Assembly: GCA_030141605.1 (NCBI GenBank)
Contig: JAQGDQ010000011.1
Coordinates: 1,298,066-1,362,065 of the forward strand
Source: Tubiluchus corallicola
Taxonomy: Eukaryota; Animalia; Priapulida
Direction: 5' to 3'
DNA: 64,000 nt
Shown: piece by piece, positions 1-9,599 of the stretch
Layout of the letters: each line of letters begins with the position of its first letter
Numbering within the stretch: the stretch's first letter is position 1
The notes under the pieces: generated by a model
The model's input: only the letters and a program-made list of their open reading frames with translations
Database searches by the model: none
Told to the model about the DNA's origin: nothing
Made by a program: the position numbers and the translations under genes

Positions 1-868
1 TCTAAAAATGCACAACAACAACAACAAAATTAGATGACTTACCTCTCTGCTACTTTACACAAAGCGCAACTCCTACAGTTCATGTTTACAAACAATATGC
101 AAGTTTTTATCTTACACAAGTTTGCACACAAATCACTAATTTGATACAAAAATGATACAAAGGTGACTTGTTAACATCAGGATTAATGCAGCTGAGCACT
201 AATTAATGGGGCGAAACAGTGCCAAGTGAATGATGATTTTAAATAATGCACAATTATACAAAAAATGTTACTCTAGTTAAAAAATAAAAACGTAATACCT
301 TAACAAAGCGTCGAACTTTGCCTGCATTATCTAGGTATATCACAGAATTATTCAGTAGAAAAATGCTTGTACAAAAAATAAGTACTTCACACAGAAAAAA
401 ACGAATTTTCAACTAACAATATTCCTAATTAAGAACAATTTGCTTATATACTAATCAGCTGCTAAAAGCAAAAATAAAATTTTTACAGTAATCCAGCATG
501 TTACCGTCTACTTCTACTGATAACAAGCACAAATAACACGTTACATAAAATCTCTTAATGCGCTCGTATACTATATCTTAAACTACTATTCTTACAGCAT
601 ATTGCACAACATTCTTACAGCATATTGCACGGGCAAGTTGTATTTAAAACATACAAGTAGTAACTAGTTCACTGCACCAAAACTGTTTCACCAATTTCAG
701 CAAATAGGAGATAAGCATTTCAAAATAAAAATGTGTATTTGGCTGCCATGCATTAAAAACACACAAATTTCCGTCACTGAACACAATGTTTGACCGAAAG
801 AAGAAAAGATGCCTGAGAAATTTACTTATCATTTGGAAGCAAATGGAATCTGGAATACTGATAACAAA

Positions 869-2455
869 TCAAGCAAGCAATGGTCTCTGCTCTTCCTGGT
901 TTGATTCGGTGCTCACGACACGACGGCAGGCACAGTACTTCTCCCACCAGCAGTGTCGATGTATCCGGTACACGCCGGAATTCGGATGGTCGTTGCAGTA
1001 CGAGAGAAACTCATGTAAATCGCTTTTGGGAAAGCCATGCTCGTAGTACTCCTTGATGGTTTCATAAGAGTCGAGGATGATCGCCATGACGAGACTAAGC
1101 ACCACATAGATGAACAAGCTTATGAAGAAGTAAAGGTATATACGACTGTACCACCAGACCGCAGTACTGCTACGTTCCGATGAGAGCGCAGAAAACGTTG
1201 CAAACATGTCGTCTCCATTTATCAGCGAGAACATGGCTTCAGAAGTGGTGCTGATAGATTGAAATTTCTTGTGATATGGTCCCAGTACAACCCAGCCACA
1301 CAACATGAATCCACAGTAGATGAGTAACGCACACAGGAGGAAGCGGAGGACATTCGGCAGGGCCCTCTTCAGAGTCAAAATCAAAATATTGTATTTTGGA
1401 AAGAAGCCAAGGTATCGTAGCACGCCTATCCACAGCAGCAGGTTTCCGGTGCCGAGCATGATGCTGCAACCGTCAAAACTTTCACTATGTTTGTAATCGA
1501 TCTGGATTCTCACAACGGTGCCGATGACGATCAGAATATCATTGACCACGATCATCACGTACCAACAGTTGAGAAAATGAAGTTTATCATTCCAGGTTAA
1601 GTCCTTGTTATAATGGTCACGGAACAGCAGCACTGTTTCTTCTTTTAGCTGGAATGCACGTAGCAAGGACCGCACACACAGTACGGCTGATAAAATGCAC
1701 AGTATAACCACTAAGCAATTTAACACCATGGCCAAAGCTTTTCTGGTGTTTTCATTAGCTTTGTATTCAATAGTGCCATTGACGCACGTGATTCGGGTCG
1801 GCTCTGAGTCTAAATTTACAACAACCTGTCCACTATGGGCTCTGTTGTCGTAAAATATGGAAATGTCAAATTCGTAGCAATCAGGAGTATCGTAAGGTGA
1901 TTCTGCTTTCAAATGAACAGACTTTATGTAGAGATTCAAATGGGCATCAACTAAGCTATCGAAATGTATCGAGAAATTGTTTGCAGCAAAATATTCCTTG
2001 CTGGAAAAATTGAAGCCATGCGACACGTCACTTGCGTTTCTGATCATGTCCATGGGCACTATGCCCAAACATTCAGTCAACATCTTGGAGTTAAAAATGT
2101 AGCTGCTGTTGTCCGTCCAGATTTTGCCATTTTCATAATATCGCTTGCAGAATTCCATGGGCCTCAGGCTGTCATTGTGATGATGAGTGCCAAACGTGTA
2201 TGATCCCAGTGCAGTGTTCTTCACAAAGTGGTACTGAGTCACAGCATAATCAACGTGAGCATAGAAGTCGTCTATTTCATAGAGTGCATATGCTCCTGTG
2301 GACGGCGGGTAAGCAGCCGTCTCGTATGCGGCATCCCACTTGTTCATGAACAGGTGTTGAAATGTGATCGTGTTGCCGTTAATGAAGCTTGCATGCATGT
2401 ACCTGCCATGGCCAAACTGAATGAGCTGTGCAGTCACAACAACAATCTTGACAAC
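869..2455 (-). CDS. MCOLN3: Mucolipin last coding exon (1587 nt, S1 to C-terminus)
   Basis: Acceptor tttttgtag|GTTGTCAAG (VVKIVVVTAQLIQFG); 529 codons ending in TGA; matches ORF 869..2437. Confidence 0.95.
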   Translation of the reverse strand, partial: VVKIVVVTAQLIQFGHGRYMHASFINGNTITFQHLFMNKWDAAYETAAYPPSTGAYALYEIDDFYAHVDYAVTQYHFVKNTALGSYTFGTHHHNDSLRPMEFCKRYYENGKIWTDNSSYIFNSKMLTECLGIVPMDMIRNASDVSHGFNFSSKEYFAANNFSIHFDSLVDAHLNLYIKSVHLKAESPYDTPDCYEFDISIFYDNRAHSGQVVVNLDSEPTRITCVNGTIEYKANENTRKALAMVLNCLVVILCILSAVLCVRSLLRAFQLKEETVLLFRDHYNKDLTWNDKLHFLNCWYVMIVVNDILIVIGTVVRIQIDYKHSESFDGCSIMLGTGNLLLWIGVLRYLGFFPKYNILILTLKRALPNVLRFLLCALLIYCGFMLCGWVVLGPYHKKFQSISTTSEAMFSLINGDDMFATFSALSSERSSTAVWWYSRIYLYFFISLFIYVVLSLVMAIILDSYETIKEYYEHGFPKSDLHEFLSYCNDHPNSGVYRIHRHCWWEKYCACRRVVSTESNQEEQRPLLA

Positions 2456-5400
2456 CTACAAAAATAACAATCTTGATGACCCATGACAAAATGACAAGCT
2501 TGACAACTCTTGACATGCGATACAAAAAAGCTGGTTTTGACACCTAAAAATTACAAGCTTAACAATCCCAATGTGCACCACTGACTCACCAAAAAACACA
2601 TTATTGATCTTATTGATAATACAAAGTAATTTAAACTTTTGCTTAGTAAGCAAAGAATGTTCTTCCAGTGCTCTGATTATTTTTTCAAACTTTACACGTC
2701 ACATATCTAAACTTGTTATAAATAATTTACCTTCAACATAGCTGCACCAATGATCATCACAAGAGTTTAAATTTACAAGTTTTATACGGCAATAAGACAG
2801 CATGCAGGTGATACAAAGTTTCAAGACGAAGTTTTTAAGCTTTATTTATGAAGAGTGTTTTCTTGTGCTTCAAGTTTACATGAATTGCCAAAAATACGAC
2901 TAGCCTGTAAACGACTACATCAGCCAATAACATTTAAGTTATGGGACACATAAAAACAAAATTATTTAAGTGCTAAAATCCATATAATGCAACAGCAAAG
3001 GTTCGTTCAAGCATTGTGCAATACTTAGAACTTAATCGTAAACAGTTTGGTACCAAGATTTGCAAAAATGCACTTAAAATTCATTAATAAAAACAATAAT
3101 TTTGCTTCAGAAAATTTTCTTTGTCACCACTGAGCTGGCACATGTGCTAATAGAACAGAATATAAAAGCACATTATTTGTACACTTTATTAATATGTAAA
3201 AGTATGTAACAAATTTACAGTTCCCATGCACACTTATGTAATGACATAATTAGTGAAAATAACAGTTTGCGACCTTTTGCAGCTTGAAACCCGAAAAACA
3301 AAATTACCTGAACGAAAAGTTTCCAAGGGAACTTCTTTCGTGCTCGAAATTTGTCCAATGGGTCCATGAAGTGAAATTTTAGCCTCCGACGTAGACAGTC
3401 CTGACACACCAATAAATATATGTGTTAACCAATGCAAATTTATTGCATAACTATATTTCTTCATACAGAGGCAAACTAATCTCCGTAACTGCAATAATAT
3501 AAATTGCGAAAATTCTCTTTTGCACAAGAACACTTGTTCTTTCTACAATATTTGCTTTACACTATCAGATGTTAACAGAATTGTCAAATCTTGAAAAAAC
3601 AAAAACAAAAAAACAATTCATCCAGTGCATGCAAGCTACAACTACCTAGCAACAGATGGCATTACTGAAATGTCACCATTGCCCCGAGAAATAATCAATA
3701 ACAGATTAATTTCCACTAACCACAAACCAGGCAGTTGAGCTCATGACATTTCAATTGCCGATCGGACAAGTTACACTACACTTGTGGATCGCATACAAAC
3801 TCTCTAGTATCTACTGCTCATGTAAAGAGTACTCTTCGTTTTTCTAAATTCAAGATCATGGGTTCAATACCCAAGCTAAGAAATTGATCAAAAGCTTTAA
3901 CTAGATAATGTTTTATTTTTAATATTTGACTTTAATTGTACATTGCATATTGTATATGTGATTTCGTAAATGTTTCGGTACATGTTAATATCGTGTGTGA
4001 TTTTTCAAATTTTTCAAAATTTTTATTGTAGCACTAAAGTATATTCCACACTTTTAAGTGAAATAAATAAATCCTAAGTCTTTAAATAGAATTTTTCAAG
4101 CAAGGTGGTTAATTTAATTTCTGGACTGATGAACTTCAAACTCTGAATGTGTGTAATAGTCAATCAAGCAGTCATGATGTTAGAAATCATTAATTAGTAA
4201 TTTAACCTAAATATCTGGTGCTAAACAGCAAAGTTGATTTTTTTTCTCTATTACAACATGCTGCAAACAATCTGCCCAAACCTAAAAATGAACAGACATA
4301 TTTTTACAGAATTACTTTCTAAAATTTATGCATATTCTATGATGCGAGACAACACTATAAACAGAATTGTGGAATTATAATAGGCAAGTTTGTTTTCCAT
4401 ATGGGAAACGAGGAAAAAGTGCATGCATAGCTGAAGAAAGGAAAAAGTGCATGCATAGCTGAAGAAACGGAATCAAATGAGCAATAAGTTACGAAGCCAG
4501 GAGGTTCCCCCTCGTATGATCAGTTGCTAAAGCACAAGTGATCAGTCCAAAAGCTCGTTCACACAAAATGAAAATAAATGTACTAACGTCATGCATAAAT
4601 AAATAACTAAAAAGAAGAAATCAACGCTACCTTATCATCAACAGAATAACTGGAGTTTACGGACATCAATCTACATCTACCGACTGGGGAAGATTTTACC
4701 TCGATCTCAGCGGACATGTCTCCTACACTTGAGTCCGGATCGATAGCTTGCAGTTCTCCGGGCCTGTAAAATACCACAACAGCAACTTCAGTTAAAACAC
4801 ATGCAATTAAAACAAGTCAGCCAGAATCATTTGAGCAACGTAAGCATGTAGCCTTTTATGCGCGAATCCACTCAAGCTAATTCAATGTGTCAACATGTTA
4901 AAAGGTGGCTCGCAAATGATGACAAGATAATAAATGGTTTCTTATTCACTTCATTTTTCTAAAAAGTGACAACATTTGTGTCGTTCAAGAGTAAATAAAA
5001 CTGCTCAATGCTCATGATATCAAATTTTAGGGTAAGTTTTAATATAAGTGTTAGTAATAATCTAGCACATCACAAGCAGTTAAGACAAATGTTTGATTTC
5101 TATCAACACGCCACAAACAATTTATTACAAATGTTTCATCTTCTCAAAACATATGTAAAATCAAACTGTACTAAAGCTGGAGCACCTTTTCAGAATGGAC
5201 AATCATTTTTTCTCATTTCCATTAAAAAACTACATCACACGGCAGTAAAACTGCTACTCAACTGCCATTTGAAAGCCAGTTAATCAACTTTTTGTAATTA
5301 ATAGTTAGTAATTTTTTGAAATAAATTGCAAATTAAAAAACAGCTAAGGTGCCTTTTTTTGAAAATATAGATACATTTTGCAGCTGCAGAAGTTTATATT

Positions 5401-7519
5401 ACCTAATTTTGCTTCTTCTCAGCTGTGAAGTCATAAGTGAGTTCAAAACTAAAATTCCAATTTCTAGTTACACAAGAATTACGTGTTCTTTACAGTTCTC
5501 ATTATAACATCAGCATTTTGCATTAAAGTAAGTTTAAGAAGGCTACAAGCGTACATGCCTAGAAGTCATTAATGATGCACACTAATTTCAGAGACATATG
5601 GATTATGGAAAGTAGGTAAATAATTAAATAGTTTATTATAATCTGTCCTTGACTTCCGCTTGCAAACTGGTCAGTGTACCAGTCACTGAAAGTTAATAGA
5701 GTAACTTGTCAAGATAAGTAAGATTGGTTTAACAGTCACTAGGGATGCCAGACGTCTTATTTACTTACTCGTGCTACCCATGAGTAACTGTGTACATATT
5801 TATCATGATAAAGCTAGTTATAGAGAATAATAATGTATTTCTGATAATCTTCTTAGCCCTAATTTTGAACCACAGACCTTTAGATCACTAATAATATCTT
5901 GACCACTAGACCATGCAGCCCTTTGTGATCAAGGCAGGCCTTATTTCTAGCCAATCAGTCAATGCATTGGTTTTACTGACACTAAGGAATTTAGTCAAAT
6001 TACTAATTAATAAACTAATTTTGTAATTAAGCAAATCTAGCACCATCCGGTGATTGCAAAAATAGGTATAGTGCTTACTTATATCATAACCGAAGTATGA
6101 TGCTCCTTACTTATACATATAATAAACACAGAATGAACACCCAAATTTCACGGTAAGCGAACTGCCAATCTTAGTAATTTAAAGAACACTAAATAAATGA
6201 ACGTGTTCGACTATTTATGGTTAACTTGTACAAACAATCATAAGTCACGAATCCGTGACCTTATCTCTGCCCAACTTTACCACGAAATAACACATATATG
6301 CACTGTGCAATCACGTATGTGAATTGGTTTGTTGATTGGACTTGTTTGAGGTAGCAAAGAGGTACTTAGGTCAGTCACCGAGAAGCACATTTTGAGAATC
6401 AAGGCTGCAAGACAGAGGCGAGTGTTGCAGCCTATGTTAGTTCTCCAACAAGAGCTGTGCTAAAAGTTAGTCACATGTTTTTGTTAATTATAAACTTCAC
6501 ACATGAGTTCAATAATTAGTGCGATTCCTAACCTTCAAATATAAGTGCAATTTAACGTCGTCATGATGACGAAATCAATACTTCTAAATAATAAAATAAA
6601 TCAAAAGGAAGAGCTGACTGAAATTAAGCAGCCTTGCACTTGGTAAATAGATGGATGGATAACTGCCCCGAGAACTCTATTTTTGTGAACTCCACACGTC
6701 GTCCTGCCTACTTCCCCATTCAGTGTGTCATGTTTCACAATAATGACTAGGTTCAGATCCTACCTCAACTATGTATATTAACTGAGTTTGGCTGTTAAAT
6801 ACTAAATACTGACTTGCACAGTGTCTAACAGCATAAAAAACTAGCCCAGCTAAATAATAAGATAATTCGTATAAATAATGCAGTAAGACCTCGCTTAACA
6901 ACCTTAATGCATTCCAACAAATACGCTGCCAAGCGAAAAGTCGTTAAATGAAACCAGATTTTCCATAGGAAGTAAAATTTGAGATACGCTCCAAGACAAA
7001 AATTAATTAATGCTTCATTCATAAATTAAATGTTGTGCGAGTTTTATGCATATTCTTACTGTTTAGTTTTTTCTACCTACATTGAATAAACCTAAGTAGT
7101 ATGTCAGAAGAGAAAACATAAGATCATATTGTAGACTACATAGGTGTCATTAAAATGAAACATCCGCTAAATTAGGTGTCGTTGAGTGAGAACTTATTGT
7201 ATTATGGTGCGTCAAAACGCAGAGACTTTCCTCACAACTTGTTGAACAACTTCTTTCTCAGAGTAAACTTTCTAGTGTGAATGGCTTGGTAACTTCTCTC
7301 ATGACTTACTGCATAACTTCTCTCTGAGAGTGTCAACTTGTGCAAGAATTCTCAGCAACTCTCCCAGAGTTTGCAATAACTTGCGAGAGAAGTCTCTACG
7401 TCTGCACATGCTATTAGTAAATAACATGTAACTTACCTGGGCCCACTGTAAGTACAGTTGCATGGTCTATGCTCTCCGCTACTGACAGATGTGGAAATAA
7501 CAGTAGAATCGCAGTCCAT
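869..7519 (-). CDS. MCOLN3: Mucolipin (TRPML) lysosomal cation channel, whole gene model: 7519-7437, 4763-4631, 3400-3308, 2455-869 (about 631 aa)
   Basis: Exons join in frame through GT-AG sites (phases 2,0,0). Translation has LRRRLKFHFMDP..KFPWKL, six hydrophobic segments with a large luminal loop, pore motif FSLINGDDMF and C-terminal EQRPLL. The paralog number is nominal for an invertebrate mucolipin. Confidence 0.93.
2560..2890 (+). mobile_element. Internal fragment of Kolobok-like repeat family A
   Basis: atcccaatgtgcacc...aaaaacacattattgatcttattga...tttttaagctttatttatgaa aligns by eye with 59950-60290 (+), 16750-17035 (-) and 28905-28985 (-); ends approximate. Confidence 0.7.
3308..3400 (-). 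CDS. MCOLN3: Mucolipin coding exon 3
   Basis: DCLRRRLKFHFMDPLDKFRARKKFPWKLFVQ between gtcag| and |gtaatt; conserved TRPML polybasic segment. Confidence 0.92.
4411..4468. repeat. 28-bp tandem duplication
   Basis: aggaaaaagtgcatgcatagctgaagaa twice. Confidence 0.85.
4631..4763 (-). CDS. MCOLN3: Mucolipin coding exon 2
   Basis: ttttacag| ... AAG|gtagcg; 133 nt open (PGELQAIDPDSS...SYSVDDK), phase-compatible on both sides; sequence not recognisably conserved. Confidence 0.72.
5640..5921 (-). mobile_element. Degenerate tRNA-derived SINE
   Basis: Minus strand starts gggctgcatggtctagtggtc (A-box-like) and continues to ggttcaaaatt (B-box-like); no intact cloverleaf; 3' limit approximate. Confidence 0.5.
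6617..6815 (+). mobile_element. 5S rRNA-like (SINE3-type) repeat fragment
   Basis: gaaattaagcagcc...tggatggataactgcccc resembles the 5S internal control region; related pieces at about 37541 and 59519. Confidence 0.5.
7205..7413. mobile_element. PIF/Harbinger-like MITE
   Basis: Imperfect TIRs tggtgcgtcaaaacgcagagact / agtctctacgtctgcacatgcta with TTA on both flanks. Confidence 0.6.
7437..7519 (-). CDS. MCOLN3: Mucolipin first coding exon (exon probably 7640-7437 including 5' UTR)
   Basis: caacATGG start, MDCDSTVISTSVSSGEHRPCNCTYSGP, strong donor CAG|gtaagt, phase 2 matches the next exon; acceptor cacag| at 7641. Confidence 0.68.
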
Positions 7520-9428
7520 GTTGGAAGTCTCAGTAGCTTGACTCTGGATTTGCAACTACAGTAGCTCATTTAACACCACAACCATTGTTGACAAGGAGAG
7601 ATGTTTGGAGTATAACGAAACGTGTCTCAGTCCATTAAACCTGTGTATATCCATTAAAGTGATCAATAATTCATTTGAAATGTAGCAAGTGAAAAGACCG
7701 TCTTGGAAAGTGTCGTAACTGCAGACTTGGTCATAGATTTTCACTATTATGACTAACTAAAATGCTTCAAAACAGCAGGCTCATCAACTAAGATCAAAAC
7801 GAGCACCCAATCTATCTACATTCAAAAGATTCTAATAAACACAAATTTCGTGTGCTCCCCCTCATAGTCAGAAAACTGCAAAATAGTCAGAAATTCCCAT
7901 CTGCTGACATGCAACTATCATCTGCGATATTTGAACTCTAATAAACCCACACAGTTTGACTTACCCAAGTTGCCTTATGTATCAGAATTAAATTTTAAAA
8001 AAGTATTGCAAAATGTTTGTACTTTATACATGAGATGCATTTTCACCAGTCAAATTTCCAACCTGTTTCACTTTCACAAACATCAAAACAAATTAGTTTA
8101 ATTCGCCTTGTTAAGAAATTTTAAGTTTCCCATGGGAAATCTTACCTTAAGCATTACCGTCACCTTTAAAATACCACAATTTCTGTGGAAATGTTAAAAA
8201 CTACTCATAACATCAAAACAACAGCATTCGTACAGGACCCACAGTCCCATGATAAAAGCATATTTAGTCACACGTAGATGCTCAATTGTGCAAAATAACA
8301 ATAAAAATGACCAATAGCCAATAGACAGAAGTTGATACAATTAACAGTGCTCAGATATGGACATCAACGTTAAAATTATTATAAGACTGAAAAGTCATTC
8401 ATTGATATTACGACAATAATCAGTAATTCAAATGCAAAACGTCCTATAATCAGTGAAAATGTGGAGCTTTTTTGTTGCAGAATGACATTTTGAATTGGCG
8501 GATCTATCGCCTGCAGATCAAATTTTTACGATCATAGATTGAAAGATAGACATGTTTATATCCATGTTAACTGATATTCCTAAGATTTCTAGAATAGAGG
8601 CAGCTCTTTCTTCTATTTATTTATTATATCATTTTAAATATCTCTGCCAAAAAGTATCACACGATCAAACTGTAGTAAAGCAGTACAGTAGGTACCACGA
8701 CTTCAGCAAACTTAAGAGCTTAGAATACAGCTTTTGCATTTGCTAATTTTTGAGGGAGATGCAAAATTGCAATACTGACAAAACTTATATTAAGTAAGTA
8801 AATACAATTTTGTTTCTACCCAAAATTTCGAACGAACACGAGGCAGTAATGGCTACGTGTAAAAAATAATAGTTACAATGAATTTCCCAGAAATTTTTCA
8901 TTTTGTTGTAAAAGCAAACACAAAACGGCAACCATGTAAACTGTAGTTTTCCAGAAATTGAGAATAATCAAAGAAAATAAAAAAATCCAGTTTAATTGTC
9001 ATTTCCAATACACTATGATCATCCTCTTAATTTCATTACCACATAAGTACAATACAATTGCCAAGAAAATTAATCAAAAATAAAGAACAACATATTTGGT
9101 ATTAAAAAAATTGTGAATATTTTTTAAGAAGGAGTTAGGAGAACAGAAACTTTATTAATAATCCAGTTCAGTTCCGTCATTGAACAATCCAGTTTTAACA
9201 GGCTAGTAGCTAATATTTTGTGAATGACACAATACGTAAACATATAATAGCACGAATCTTTTTTGAGGTTGTGCTTTTTAATTCAAGTCGGTTTAAGATG
9301 CGCAGTGCATTTGACTGGTGGTACCGTGGTAGAGACGAAGTCCATGAAACTAATTTCCATTTAAATAAACACTGAATGATACAGGATAAAAGGAACGAAT
9401 TAGCCTCATTCGTAGAGACTAGTGCGTA

Positions 9429-9431
<3 letters not shown>

Positions 9432-9483
<52 letters not shown>

Positions 9484-9501
9484 GGGGGGGGAGAAAGAGA
9501 G
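9432..9501. repeat. (GA)n microsatellite
   Basis: Direct reading. Confidence 0.95.
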
Positions 9502-9599
9502 GTTGATGTCGAAAGCTGAAACTATTAAAAAATAATCGCGATTCTGCCTGCCGATAACATAAATTTTACTTCATAACCTCACTTATAGGCAATCAGTTA

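Noticed and set aside
786-2467. Antisense and alternate-frame ORFs over the mucolipin exon and other exons
   Set aside because: Shadow ORFs of real coding sequence with no independent evidence.
3820-3880. tRNA gene candidates (gggttcaataccc here; ggttcgaactc near 12205)
   Set aside because: Only B-box-like motifs and no cloverleaf; at most SINE debris.
6240-6325. gtcacgaatccgtgac and tcacgtatgtga as TFEB/CLEAR sites for mucolipin
   Set aside because: Neither matches TCACGTGA, and both are intronic, away from the inferred promoter.
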